Under the pieces are notes generated by a model, which was given only the letters and a program-made list of their open reading frames with translations, was not told the DNA's origin and made no database searches. From assembly GCA_964503545.1 (NCBI GenBank), contig CAZDAI010000001.1, forward strand, positions 1 to 55,307: a DNA stretch of 55,307 nucleotides, in the 5' to 3' direction. How positions within the stretch are numbered: position 1 is the stretch's first letter; every line of letters begins with the position of its first letter. Below, piece by piece: positions 35,958 to 46,421 of this stretch. The translations under genes were made by a program, and so were the position numbers. Origin of the DNA: an uncultured Candidatus Sumerlaeota bacterium (lineage in GTDB: Bacteria > Bacillota > SLNR01).

Positions 35958-36510
35958 TATACTTGCCGTATTTCATAGCCTCATCAATCATTACCTCATC
36001 TGCATCCATCAGGAATTTCTTCCTGTCTTTGGCCACAGCCTTTCCCTGAATGGCATTCTCCATGCTTTCCCATTCGGGAGAATCTTTTACTCCACCGGTC
36101 ACAAAAAGATAGATGTTTTGCTTTTCATCGAATACTGCTCTTTGCATATACGTAAGCAACGCACCCGACGGCCGCCCTACATAGACCGGAGAACCAAACA
36201 TGACCACTTTATACTCAGCAATATTGATCGGTAAGTGATCACCCGGATGGTCCATGTAGACATAATACCCTGATTCATTCAGCTCTTCGGCAATCGCATT
36301 TGCGATTCTGTCTGTAATGCCCGATCGTGAGGGTTGATAAACGATCAGCGCTTTTTTTGCATCTTCATCATTCTGACCGTAAATAATTGGATTGCTAGCT
36401 GCTGCTCTGTTATTTTGAGCGATGAACCAACTGAACATGACTCCAGTTGCAACCAGAAGGACAAAGATCAGCATACCTATTAATCTTAGAATCTTCATCT
36501 TAATCCCCAC
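35938..36510 (-). CDS. membrane-anchored flavodoxin-like protein
   Basis: N-terminal TM helix, then a flavodoxin-fold pattern (KALIVYQPSRSGITDRIA.., ..VVMFGSPVY..). Confidence 0.6.
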   Translation of the reverse strand: MGIKMKILRLIGMLIFVLLVATGVMFSWFIAQNNRAAASNPIIYGQNDEDAKKALIVYQPSRSGITDRIANAIAEELNESGYYVYMDHPGDHLPINIAEYKVVMFGSPVYVGRPSGALLTYMQRAVFDEKQNIYLFVTGGVKDSPEWESMENAIQGKAVAKDRKKFLMDADEVMIDEAMKYGKYIADVAE

Positions 36511-36519
36511 CTGTACCTC

Positions 36520-37236
36520 TTAGTCGGAATCCATAAATTCACGTACAATTTCAGCCTTCAGTTTTTCGATTTCTGCCGTCTTTTCCCACCGGCAATTGGT
36601 ATCCACCGGATTCTGAAATACTTTTTTAACCATGGCAGGCTTATCGGTTAGAATAACAATCTGATCTCCCAAGGTAACCGCTTCATCCACATCATGGGTC
36701 ACATATATTATCGTTCGATTATCATTTTGCCGAAGTTTACAAAATGTTTTCATTAAATTGGTTTTCATATTCATATCCAGTGATTTAAACGGCTCATCCA
36801 TAATCAGTATCTCGGAGGGGTATGCAAATGCCCGAACAATGCTCACTCTCTGCCGCATGCCACCACTGAGTTTTCTTGGGTAATATTGCCTGTAATCCTG
36901 CAGTCCGACAGCATCTAAGTAGTAATCTATGATCTTCTTCCGTTCTGCATAGTTGAGCTTGTTCCTGAGAACGAAATCAATATTTTCTTCAACATTCCGC
37001 CATTCAATAAGACGATCTTCCTGAAAAATTGTGCTGATATCCTTACCCTGAAAACCCACAACACTGCCTTCTTCAGGTTTGATCACAGACATAATAATAT
37101 TGAGCAATGTGCTCTTGCCACACCCCGAAGGACCGAGTATACAGGTTACCATATTCTCCTTGAAGTGAATGCTCAGTCCCTTAAGTACCTCCAGGGAATC
37201 AAACTGCTTATGAATATTGTCAATGTAACATTCCAT
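36520..37236 (-). CDS. ABC transporter ATP-binding protein (NitT/TauT family)
   Basis: Walker A GPSGCGKST, signature LSGGMRQR and Walker B ILIMDEP. The start is set at MECYIDN, 4 nt after the permease stop. Confidence 0.9.
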   Translation of the reverse strand: MECYIDNIHKQFDSLEVLKGLSIHFKENMVTCILGPSGCGKSTLLNIIMSVIKPEEGSVVGFQGKDISTIFQEDRLIEWRNVEENIDFVLRNKLNYAERKKIIDYYLDAVGLQDYRQYYPRKLSGGMRQRVSIVRAFAYPSEILIMDEPFKSLDMNMKTNLMKTFCKLRQNDNRTIIYVTHDVDEAVTLGDQIVILTDKPAMVKKVFQNPVDTNCRWEKTAEIEKLKAEIVREFMDSD

Positions 37237-37240
37237 CGCA

Positions 37241-37993
37241 TCACTTCCAGTTCTCCGTTTTAGCAAATGCGAAGCGAACCACATATTCCAAAAGAGAAGC
37301 CAAAATCACAACAATCACAATCCAGGCGAATACGCCTCCGGTATTTAGGAACAGCTTTTCAAGCTGCAGACTTGCTCCAATTGAAAAACGGGGCTGACCT
37401 AGAACCTCGCCGGCAATGACCGTCTTTAGTGTCAACCCCAACGAAGATCCCATAACTGAGCTGAGATACATATAGATTGTGGGCATGTAAATATCTTTGA
37501 CAATATCCACTTTATTAACAGCGTAAAGATTTGCCATTTCAATAAGACGACTGTCTACATTCATCATGCCCCGTCGCACACTCTCATACAGGATCGGGAA
37601 AACGACGATTAATCCGATCAAAACTGGCGCAGTATCACTGCTCAGCCAGATCAGGGCCAGAATGATCACTGCCATGGTCGGAACAGATCGTAAAAGCGCC
37701 AGGATCGGTACCATAAAATGGTTCACCCAGCGGAAGAACCCAGATAGAACTCCCAATATGAGAGCTAAGGCAACAGAAAGACCAAAACTCTGGAAACTGC
37801 GTACCAGAGTTCTGGAAATGTGCATAGCAAACCTCTCCCTGCCAGCGATCTCGATCAGGCTTTGCATCGTCTGCCCAGGGGAAGGAACAATGATCGGATT
37901 ATTGACCATACGGGACAGCACTTCCCAGATGATCACAAGCCCAATGGTTGCCAGATAATAATTCGCTCTGCTACTGAATAAAGAACTCCTCAT
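37241..37993 (-). CDS. ABC transporter permease (NitT/TauT family)
   Basis: 250 aa, polytopic, BPD-type inner-membrane component. Confidence 0.85.
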   Translation of the reverse strand: MRSSLFSSRANYYLATIGLVIIWEVLSRMVNNPIIVPSPGQTMQSLIEIAGRERFAMHISRTLVRSFQSFGLSVALALILGVLSGFFRWVNHFMVPILALLRSVPTMAVIILALIWLSSDTAPVLIGLIVVFPILYESVRRGMMNVDSRLIEMANLYAVNKVDIVKDIYMPTIYMYLSSVMGSSLGLTLKTVIAGEVLGQPRFSIGASLQLEKLFLNTGGVFAWIVIVVILASLLEYVVRFAFAKTENWK

Positions 37994-38942
37994 CAGGCAA
38001 GCTTCCCCCTATAACATTCGGGTCAAATTCTAATATAGCTTCAAAGAAACTCTGGTATTCAGCCACCGACTCACCGGCAATTACAAAATCCTGATTCGCT
38101 CGGGTCATCGAATCAGCAACAGCTGCTGCAGGAACACCTATCTCCAGCTCTTGAGCATAGGCAACGAGCTCTTCCGGATTGTTTCTTGCCCATTCAATGC
38201 TTTCTTCAAACAGCCTGATGAATTCATCAATAACAGCCTTGTTCTCTTCCAGGAGAGTTGTTTTTACGATCAGACTGGATTGAGGATATCCCAAATCGTT
38301 CTCTGACGCAGCTTTCCATTCTTCATTTAAATTCAGGACAATTTTGGCGTTTCCTACATTGTTCAGCACAGATGTCAGCATCGGCTCTGGCATTACAGCT
38401 ACTTTGCTGGTTCCGCTGATAAAGGCGGGTGCAAGTTCTGTCGCTGCGTTCAGGTATGTTAGGGTCAAGTCCTCATCCGGGTCGATGCCGTTCGCATTCA
38501 AAAGATACTGGAATACTGCGTCCGGTGTCTGCCCTCTCCCAATCAGATATACTTCTCTGCCCTTCAGATCTTCCCAGTCATCAATATCTTCTGTTGTTAC
38601 CAGGTAGAATGATCCCCAACCCATAGTGCCAGCCAGTGCATACGGTAGATCGCGATTATATGCAACGGCAGCCAAAGTGGATGGAACAACGGCAATATCA
38701 GCTTCCTGTCCCATGATTCTGGACGCAAGAATATCGGGTGTCTTTGTGATTTCATATTCCACAGTCACATGTGCTGCTAGCTCAGGATTCTCTTTTATCA
38801 TTTTGGCAGCACCCAAAGCCGTGATCCCATCCGGAATATACACTTTAAGTGTAATTTCCTCTGGTGGTTCTGTTGGTCCACAACCGGCCGTTGCCAGCAG
38901 TGCAATAATTAGTAGACCGATAATTATCCAGCTCTTTCTCAT
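37971..38942 (-). CDS. ABC substrate-binding lipoprotein (NMT1/THI5-like, SsuA-type)
   Basis: Lipobox LLATAGC after MRKSWIIIGLL. SD AAGGGGAGGA lies 6 nt upstream of the ATG at 38942. Confidence 0.8.
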   Translation of the reverse strand: MRKSWIIIGLLIIALLATAGCGPTEPPEEITLKVYIPDGITALGAAKMIKENPELAAHVTVEYEITKTPDILASRIMGQEADIAVVPSTLAAVAYNRDLPYALAGTMGWGSFYLVTTEDIDDWEDLKGREVYLIGRGQTPDAVFQYLLNANGIDPDEDLTLTYLNAATELAPAFISGTSKVAVMPEPMLTSVLNNVGNAKIVLNLNEEWKAASENDLGYPQSSLIVKTTLLEENKAVIDEFIRLFEESIEWARNNPEELVAYAQELEIGVPAAAVADSMTRANQDFVIAGESVAEYQSFFEAILEFDPNVIGGSLPDEEFFIQ

Positions 38943-39073
38943 TCTACATCCTCCCCTTTTTCTTATTTCAGCCAACATGGTAGTATACATTATGGATTCG
39001 CCGGGAATACCAAACATCCTGCTTGAATTGTAATGAATATAATAATGTTATAATTACAACAATGCCTCTTCGC

Positions 39074-39753
39074 CTACTCTTCCAGAGAATCAATATATTC
39101 AATTTCTTTGACTCTCCTACGCGTGGAACTCCACATTAGAACAATCAGCCCTGTGCCTAAAAGAACCATGCTCGCTAGGCATAGTAATTCAGGCTTTCTC
39201 GCAGAACCAAAACTCCCAGAGCTGCTACTGTCAGAGGTTCTGCTAGGGTAAGTGCTAGAGATGTCGCGGCGGGCGTATTGTGTAACCCTTCCGAGAAAAC
39301 CACATAGGCAAGAGATGCAGTAATCAGGCCTAGATGCAGACTTACAGCCATCCCTCTTGCTGTCAGAACTCATAAAAAACTCTGCCCCCGCGATATAATG
39401 ATCAATGCAGCCGCACTTAACAGAAAAACTAAAGACAAATCAGCAAACAGGTGATGGTTCTCCAGAAGCCTCTTTGAAACGATTGCATATGTTGAATATG
39501 AAAGTCCTGTACATAAAGCATACACTATCCCCAATGAATTCACAATAATATCGGGCTGATTGAGAAACAGAAGTGCACAACCTGCAATACCGCCCAAAAT
39601 CATACGCACTGGACCAAGCATCATCGGCGTTGCATCCGCAGGGGCAAAAGCTTGACTTGTTCCGCTTGTAACCCACAACATTGAAGCTGCCAGAATAAAA
39701 AGCAGCGCAAGTGTCGCACTGCGGGTGGTCATAAGGCGAACACCACTTGTCAT
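39074..39753 (-). pseudogene. EamA/DMT-family transporter remnant, frameshifted and internally truncated
   Basis: EamA-like sequence is spread over three reading frames: MTTRSATLALLFILAASMLW.. in frame A, GLITASLAYVVFSEGLHNTPAATSLALTLAEPLTVAALGVLVLRE in frame B, and LASMVLLGTGLIVLMWSS in frame C. Confidence 0.7.
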
Positions 39754-39761
39754 TATTGATA

Positions 39762-40751
39762 TTACAACACTTTACCAAACACGTCGCATACATAATCAGT
39801 AATGTCCAAGATTGATGTCATGCGATACTTTTCTTTAATATTGCAAAAATGCTTCGCGATCAACTCTTTAGAAAAAATCAATTCATCATCATATTCATGT
39901 TCCTGTTGCAGGAAGCAGAAGCACTCTGCTGTTATCATTCTTTTCAGCGTGGCAACAGTCAGACACCCCAGTCTATTCAGGAGTGTTTCAACTAGCAAGT
40001 TTTCTGCTTCTGACAGCAATGGCAAATCTGCAGAATGGAACGCGTCCTTTAGTTTGCCGGTGGGGAATAGTGCTGCGATGGCTCGATATTCTGGCACTAC
40101 ACCTACTGCAAAACAGTCTTCTGGGAACATCTCTCTCTGCCAGAAAGCCATATGAAATCCTTGGAGATAGTACAGCATTATTTGCAGTTTGTCCAGGCAA
40201 ATCTCTGGCGCACCGCGCAGAATACTTGCAGCGGCCAATGCCAATCTCTCACTGCACAAAGATTCCACCGTCATCTGCTGGGTTGCATATCCTAATACTT
40301 CCAACGCTTTTTTTGTCCTGCTGTATGCTTGGTATGTGATCGCTCTCCTGTTGTCTTCCAATACTTCCTCATAATATGCGGGATCATCCATAATTCGCTT
40401 GAGGGTAGCTGAATATTGCCTTGTCGGGAGATCTCCTGCAATATAACGAGTCAGCGTCCCCTCTCCCCAACCGAGGAGCAACGATAATGGTCGCTTGCCA
40501 ATTTTGTATTTTTTGAGAATTTCTTCAATTTCATGCACAGAGATCAGTTTTTCTTTCTCTCGAAAAGCTTCTTTAGCAGCGCTCTGATTTTCTTCATCAA
40601 TCAGCTGGCTGTCAACATATTGCCCACAACGGCTGCATATGGCTTCTTTCCCTGTGAAATGGATATCTCTTCCCCGGATCTTCTCAGACTTTGTGATTTC
40701 CTTAATCAATAACTCTGTAATTTCATTGCACTTTGCACAAAAACTTTCCAC
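39762..40751 (-). CDS. Zn-ribbon + HTH + DUF4065 (Panacea/SocA-like) antitoxin-type protein
   Basis: CAKC..CSRC MqsA-type zinc ribbon and an XRE-like HTH (ISVHEIEEILKKYKIGKRPLSLLLGWGEGTLTRY). The C-terminal LQIMLYYLQGFHMAFWQREMFPEDCFAVGVVPEY matches the remembered DUF4065 pattern. Confidence 0.65.
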   Translation of the reverse strand: MESFCAKCNEITELLIKEITKSEKIRGRDIHFTGKEAICSRCGQYVDSQLIDEENQSAAKEAFREKEKLISVHEIEEILKKYKIGKRPLSLLLGWGEGTLTRYIAGDLPTRQYSATLKRIMDDPAYYEEVLEDNRRAITYQAYSRTKKALEVLGYATQQMTVESLCSERLALAAASILRGAPEICLDKLQIMLYYLQGFHMAFWQREMFPEDCFAVGVVPEYRAIAALFPTGKLKDAFHSADLPLLSEAENLLVETLLNRLGCLTVATLKRMITAECFCFLQQEHEYDDELIFSKELIAKHFCNIKEKYRMTSILDITDYVCDVFGKVL

Positions 40752-41014
40752 TCGAATCCCCCCTTCTCATCAGGAATGAATTGTGTATTATCCGATTCGC
40801 GCTCCATGTTTCAATTGGACGAAAAAGCATGGATTCGCCCCTGCAGCTTTCTCCATAAATGTACCGATAAATATATTATACGCTGAAAAAAACAATCACT
40901 CAATACATACCATTAATATGCTTGTGTCACTCTTTTTATGAAGGATTTACCGATTGTTTGGGTAAATATATCTTTAATATATTCGGGAGATCATATGGGA
41001 AATGGGGGATTCAT

Positions 41015-42568
41015 TTGAATGATGTCATCATTGGATCAGGTGCCTGCAGTATTCAGGATGTGATCAAGGTAGCCAGACATGGATACCGGGTCACGTTAGC
41101 GGAGGAAGCCCATGAACGAATGAACAGGTCACGGAAAATTGTTGAAGACCTGGTGGAGAATGAACAGGTGGAATACGGAATCACCACCGGTTTTGGCAAG
41201 TTTTCCAACGTCGTTATATCCAAGCAGGATGCAATGCAACTTCAAGAAAATCTGATCATGTCCCATGCCTGTGGTGTGGGTGAACCCTTCCCGGATGAAG
41301 TCGTTCGCGCAATGATGTTTTTGAAAGCCAACGAGATGACCAAAGGGTATTCGGGTGTCCGCCCGGCGACAGTCGCCACCCTTGTCAGCATGCTCAATAA
41401 TAACATTACACCAATTGTACCCCAGCAAGGATCCCTGGGAGCCAGTGGTGATTTAGCCCCGATGGCCCATATCGTCCTGGTGTTGATCGGCAAAGGAGAA
41501 GCCAAAGTGGATGATCAGACTATGCCAGGCGCTGATGCGCTGATGAAAGCAGGCATTGCTCCGGTCCGACTGGCAGAGAAGGAAGGACTTGCTCTGATCA
41601 ACGGCACCCATGCTATGAGCGCTTTGGGCTGTCTGGTCGTTCAAGAATTTGATCAGCTGGTAAATTCCATGGATATCATTGCAGCGCTAACAGTGGAAGC
41701 TTTACGTGGTGTTACTGATGCCTTCGACCCCAGAATTCATCAGGCCCGTGCCCACCCTGGGCAAATTTCAGTTGCTAAAAATCTGCGCCTGCTGCTATCT
41801 GGCAGTGATTACACTACACGCCAAGGTGAATTACGCATACAGGATGCATATTCGATCCGGTGCACACCACAGGTCCATGGCGCATCCCGGGATGCACTTT
41901 CATATGTCCGAAGGGTAATCGAAACAGAAATCAATAGCGCTACGGACAATCCCCTGATTTTTTCTGACAGCGCCAGCATCCTTTCCGGAGGGAATTTTCA
42001 CGGGCAGCCCTTGGCGATTGCCATGGACTTTCTTGGTATTGCAGCTTCCGAAGCAGCCAATATTTCCGAGCGTCGTCTAGAACGCCTTGTGAATCATCAA
42101 CTCAATGATTTACCGCCTTTTTTGACAAAGGGTCAAGGAGGCCTTAATTCAGGATTTATGATAGCTCAATACACTGCAGCTGCGCTTGTATCAGAAAACA
42201 AAGTGCTGGCACATCCTGCATCAGTTGATTCCATTCCCTCTTCTGCTAATCAAGAGGATCATGTCAGTATGGGGACAATTGCAGCCAGAAAAGCACGTAA
42301 CATAGTGAAGAATTCACTGCGCGTATTGGGCATTGAATACTTGGCAGCTGCCCAGGCAATTGCCCTGCGCAACCATCCCGGCACTCTAGGCAAAGGAACG
42401 CAAGCTGCCTATGCACTGCTTCGGCAGATTATTCCCCCACTGGAGAACGATCGCATCATGTACCTGGATATGGATGCTGCTGCAAACATGATATCAAGCG
42501 GTTCGCTTGTGTCCGCAGTCAGTCTTGAAGTTCCGGAAATAAATTCTATGGAGGAGGCAAGACAATGA
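41015..42568 (+). CDS. hutH: histidine ammonia-lyase
   Basis: MIO-forming GASGDLAP motif. The TTG start at 41015 is preceded by GGGGGA at 5 nt. The ORF-track start at 40922 adds a non-homologous extension. Confidence 0.95.
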   Translation: MNDVIIGSGACSIQDVIKVARHGYRVTLAEEAHERMNRSRKIVEDLVENEQVEYGITTGFGKFSNVVISKQDAMQLQENLIMSHACGVGEPFPDEVVRAMMFLKANEMTKGYSGVRPATVATLVSMLNNNITPIVPQQGSLGASGDLAPMAHIVLVLIGKGEAKVDDQTMPGADALMKAGIAPVRLAEKEGLALINGTHAMSALGCLVVQEFDQLVNSMDIIAALTVEALRGVTDAFDPRIHQARAHPGQISVAKNLRLLLSGSDYTTRQGELRIQDAYSIRCTPQVHGASRDALSYVRRVIETEINSATDNPLIFSDSASILSGGNFHGQPLAIAMDFLGIAASEAANISERRLERLVNHQLNDLPPFLTKGQGGLNSGFMIAQYTAAALVSENKVLAHPASVDSIPSSANQEDHVSMGTIAARKARNIVKNSLRVLGIEYLAAAQAIALRNHPGTLGKGTQAAYALLRQIIPPLENDRIMYLDMDAAANMISSGSLVSAVSLEVPEINSMEEARQ

Positions 42569-44214
42569 GCAGGCTAGTCAAAGCACCAAGAGGTAATACT
42601 TTGCATTGTAAAAGCTGGCAGCAAGAAGCTGCTTACCGCATGATCATGAACAATCTTGATCCTGAAGTCGCTGAAGATCCTCAGAACCTGATTGTTTACG
42701 GAGGCCAGGGTAAAGCCGCAAGAAACTGGGAAAGTTTTGATATGATCGTTAAGACCCTATCAGAACTGGGCAATGACGAGACCCTACTCGTTCAATCCGG
42801 AAAACCAGTTGGTGTCTTTAAAAGCCATCCTGGCGCTCCGCGGGTTCTGCTATCCAACTCCATGCTAGTTCCTCAGTGGGCAACTTGGGAACACTTCAGA
42901 GAACTAGAAGACAAAGGATTAACCATGTATGGGCAAATGACAGCTGGAAGCTGGATCTATATTGGCACTCAGGGGATCCTCCAGGGAACATTCGAAACCC
43001 TGGCATCAGTGGGGGAACAAAACTTCTCAGGATCACTTAGTGGAACCATCACGCTAACTGCTGGACTAGGTGGAATGGGTGGAGCACAACCTCTTGCAGT
43101 TACAATGAATGAAGGGGTAGCCCTGTGTATCGAAGTCGATCGCGAGCGAATTGAGAAGCGCTTGCGTACCCGCTATCTGGACCGCTTTGTGGAAGACCTG
43201 GATGAAGCGATCCGCATGGTTACAGAAGCCAAAGATCAAAAGAAGGCACTTTCTGTCGGCCTGCTGGGGAATGCTTCAGACATCCTACCTGAACTGGTTA
43301 AGAGAGGTTTTACGCCAGATATTCTAACCGATCAGACCTCTGCTCACGATACTCTGAACGGGTATGTGCCGGGTGGCATGCCCTATGAAGAAGCTCTGGC
43401 TTTGCGTAAAAATGATCCCAAGAAATATATCGCACTCAGCAAACAAAGCATCGCCAAGCATGTACAGGCTATGCTGGATATGCAAAAAGCTGGAGCTATA
43501 ACCTTTGACTATGGTAACAACATTCGCCAAGTCGCCTTCGATGAGGGAGTCGGCAATGCATTCGCATTCCCCGGCTTTGTGCCTGCCTATATTCGGCCAC
43601 TTTTCTGTGAAGGTAAGGGACCATTCCGCTGGGCAGCACTGTCCGGTGATCCAGAAGACATTTATCGTACCGATCGGCTTGTGCTGGAACTTTTCCCTGA
43701 AGACAAAAAACTGGCGCGATGGATTAATATGGCTCAGGAAAGGGTGGCTTTTCAGGGTTTGCCCGCCAGAATCTGCTGGCTGGGTTATGGTGAAAGAGCA
43801 AAATTTGGTCTCGCTTTGAATGAGTTAGTTGCAAAGGGAGAGCTAAAAGCACCGATCGTTATCGGGCGCGATCATCTGGACTGTGGGTCAGTTGCATCCC
43901 CCCGCAGGGAAACAGAGGGGATGCTAGATGGAACAGATGCTGTAGCCGACTGGCCCATCCTCAATGCCTTGATTAATGCTGTTAATGGTGCAACATGGGT
44001 TTCCGTTCACCATGGTGGTGGAGTCGGAATCGGTTATTCAATCCATGCAGGAATGGTCATTTGTGCAGATGGTACTCCTGAGATGGCTGAACGACTGGAA
44101 CGGGTTCTGACCAGCGATCCGGGCATGGGCGTCATTCGTCATGCCGACGCAGGCTATCAAGATGCAATGGACTTTGCAGAAAAACATGGCGTACGGGTGC
44201 CGATGAAAAAATAG
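42565..44214 (+). CDS. hutU: urocanate hydratase
   Basis: 549 aa with ..[12 protein letters not shown].. NAD-binding. 4-nt overlap with hutH. Confidence 0.96.
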   Translation: MSRLVKAPRGNTLHCKSWQQEAAYRMIMNNLDPEVAEDPQNLIVYGGQGKAARNWESFDMIVKTLSELGNDETLLVQSGKPVGVFKSHPGAPRVLLSNSMLVPQWATWEHFRELEDKGLTMYGQMTAGSWIYIGTQGILQGTFETLASVGEQNFSGSLSGTITLTAGLGGMGGAQPLAVTMNEGVALCIEVDRERIEKRLRTRYLDRFVEDLDEAIRMVTEAKDQKKALSVGLLGNASDILPELVKRGFTPDILTDQTSAHDTLNGYVPGGMPYEEALALRKNDPKKYIALSKQSIAKHVQAMLDMQKAGAITFDYGNNIRQVAFDEGVGNAFAFPGFVPAYIRPLFCEGKGPFRWAALSGDPEDIYRTDRLVLELFPEDKKLARWINMAQERVAFQGLPARICWLGYGERAKFGLALNELVAKGELKAPIVIGRDHLDCGSVASPRRETEGMLDGTDAVADWPILNALINAVNGATWVSVHHGGGVGIGYSIHAGMVICADGTPEMAERLERVLTSDPGMGVIRHADAGYQDAMDFAEKHGVRVPMKK

Positions 44215-44230
44215 CAAGGAGGTCTATGGT

Positions 44231-45127
44231 ATGGCAAAAATTGTTGAATGCGTTCCGAACTTCTCTGCTGCTAGGAATCCTGAAGAGGTGGAAGCAATTA
44301 TTGATGTTGTCCGCTCTGCGCCAGGGGTAACTTTGCTGGACTATGCCCCGGATAATGATCATAACCGTACTGTTGTCACATTTATCGGTCCCCCTGATGA
44401 GGTAGCCGAGGCAGCTTTCCAGCTGGCCAAAAAAGCAGCTGAAGTTATTGATATGTCTAAACACAGCGGCGGGCATCCTCGCATTGGCGCCATGGATGTA
44501 TGTCCCTTCATTCCTGTTCGTGATGTATCCATGGAAGAGTGCTCAGATATTGCTCGGCGCGTCGGTGAGCGAATCGGTAGAGAATTGAATATTCCGGTGT
44601 ATCTCTATGAGGAGGCCGCCAGCAAGCCGGAACGCAAGAATTTGCCTACCATCCGCAAAGGTGAGTACGAGGGATTCTTTGAAAAAATCAAGAAGGATGA
44701 ATGGGCACCGGACTTCGGTCCTCAAGAGATGAATGCTAAGTCAGGTTGCACAGTCATTGGCGCCAGATTCTTTCTCATTGCGTATAATATCAATCTCGCC
44801 ACCGACAACATGGAGATCGCCAATGCGATCGCTAAGAAAATCCGCTTTATCGGTGGGGGACTGCGTTTTGTTAAAGCAATGGCAGTAAAACTTGAAGATC
44901 GTGGGATTGTGCAAATATCCATGAACCTGGTCAATTTTGAAAAAACAGCAATCTATCAGGCTTTTGAAATGGTAAAAATGGAGTGCCGACGCTATGGCGT
45001 TTCCGTGGTCGGCAGTGAGGTTGTTGGCTTAGTCCCAAGCGCTGCCCTGATTGCCTCTCTCGAATACTATCTGCAATTGGAAAACTTTCGTATGGACCAG
45101 GTTCTAGAATACAAACTAGGCGAATAG
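44231..45127 (+). CDS. glutamate formimidoyltransferase
   Basis: 298 aa. MAKIVECVPNFSAARN.. is typical of the FTCD N-terminal transferase domain. Confidence 0.92.
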   Translation: MAKIVECVPNFSAARNPEEVEAIIDVVRSAPGVTLLDYAPDNDHNRTVVTFIGPPDEVAEAAFQLAKKAAEVIDMSKHSGGHPRIGAMDVCPFIPVRDVSMEECSDIARRVGERIGRELNIPVYLYEEAASKPERKNLPTIRKGEYEGFFEKIKKDEWAPDFGPQEMNAKSGCTVIGARFFLIAYNINLATDNMEIANAIAKKIRFIGGGLRFVKAMAVKLEDRGIVQISMNLVNFEKTAIYQAFEMVKMECRRYGVSVVGSEVVGLVPSAALIASLEYYLQLENFRMDQVLEYKLGE

Positions 45128-45137
45128 GAGTGACACC

Positions 45138-46421
45138 ATGGCTGATGTACTGATCAAACGGGGACACATCCTTACATGTGCTGGTAGCAGTCCAAAGAAA
45201 GGCGCAGACTTGAATGACCTGCAAATCATTCATGGCGGTTATGTTGCTCTCGAAGGAGGACTCATCCTGGATGTAGGCCCGGGAGATGGAGATCAACATC
45301 TTTCGAAAGACACAGAAGTAATCGATGCATTGGGCAAAACGGTTATGCCGGGGTTGGTTGACCCACACACACATGCTGTTCATTACGGTTCGCGAGAACA
45401 TGAGCTGGAAATGAAACTAAACGGTGTCCCGTATCTGGAAATATTGAAGCAAGGCGGGGGGATTCTGAACACGGTCCATGCCACTCGCCAGGCAGACCGC
45501 TCTCAATTAAGCCAAAAATTGAGAAAGACCCTGGATACGATGCTGCTATGGGGGACAACAACCGTTGAGATCAAGTCGGGATACGGACTGAATTTTGCTG
45601 ATGAAATCAAGTGTCTTGAGGTTATTCGGGACATCACACACCCGATGGATACCGTTGCAACGTACATGGGTGCCCATGCCATTCCTCCAGAATTCAAGCA
45701 TGATCGTCAGGGATACATTACCTTAATGCTTGATAGGGTCATTCCATATGTCGCACAACACCATCTGGCCGAATTTATTGATTGTTTCTGCGAGCATGGT
45801 GTTTTCTCTGTAGAAGAGAGTGAAAAAATCCTCAGACACGGCAAGTCCCACGGCCTGGACATAAAAATTCATGCAGATGAAATTGAACCGATGGGTGGCG
45901 GGGAACTGGCGGCAAAGATCGGTGCAATAACCGCTGAACATCTTGTCGCTGTATCTGATCAGGGTATTGAAAAAATGAGAGAATCAGGTACGATCCCGAT
46001 TCTCTTACCGGGAACATCCTTCTATTTGAAACTCAAAAACTATGCTCCAGCAAGAAAAATGATTGAGATGGGCCTGCCCGTAGCACTGGCTTCGGACTAC
46101 AATCCGGGATCCTGTCCAACAGAAGCCGTTCAGTCGGTGATGATTCACGCATGTTTGGGTATGGGATTGAGACCCGCTGAGATCATCAATGGCATGACAA
46201 TTAATGCAGCCTGCGCCATTAAGCGCGAAGATCAGGTAGGCAGCATTGAACCCGGCAAACAGGGCGACATTCTGATTATGGACGCGCCCAATGAACAATA
46301 TTTAATATACCATTTTGGCATTAACCATGTTGATACGGTTTTTAAAAAAGGCCAGATCGTTGTCCGAGAAGGCTCACTCATCCGGTCTGCAGGAGGTGCA
46401 GCAAATGAGTCTGGAGTTTAA
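45138..46421 (+). CDS. hutI: imidazolonepropionase
   Basis: 427 aa amidohydrolase with ..GLVDPHTH.. and ..KIHADE... Confidence 0.94.
   Translation: MADVLIKRGHILTCAGSSPKKGADLNDLQIIHGGYVALEGGLILDVGPGDGDQHLSKDTEVIDALGKTVMPGLVDPHTHAVHYGSREHELEMKLNGVPYLEILKQGGGILNTVHATRQADRSQLSQKLRKTLDTMLLWGTTTVEIKSGYGLNFADEIKCLEVIRDITHPMDTVATYMGAHAIPPEFKHDRQGYITLMLDRVIPYVAQHHLAEFIDCFCEHGVFSVEESEKILRHGKSHGLDIKIHADEIEPMGGGELAAKIGAITAEHLVAVSDQGIEKMRESGTIPILLPGTSFYLKLKNYAPARKMIEMGLPVALASDYNPGSCPTEAVQSVMIHACLGMGLRPAEIINGMTINAACAIKREDQVGSIEPGKQGDILIMDAPNEQYLIYHFGINHVDTVFKKGQIVVREGSLIRSAGGAANESGV

Noticed and set aside
38943-39073. TPP riboswitch upstream of the NMT1/THI5-like ABC operon
   Set aside because: There is no CUGAGA/ACCUGA-type TPP core. 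The region is short and AT-rich, with promoter-like boxes and one 7-bp inverted repeat (TTGTAAT..ATTACAA) only.
39440-39793. 117-aa Cys-rich ORF overlapping the PanA-like gene end and the EamA remnant
   Set aside because: It is an alternative frame of EamA-coding DNA. Its composition is typical of an out-of-frame translation, and it has no RBS.
40922-41014. Upstream extension of hutH from the ORF-track start
   Set aside because: The extension (MCHSFYEGFTDCLG..) is not HAL-like. The TTG at 41015 has a well-spaced GGGGGA SD and yields a typical HutH N-terminus.
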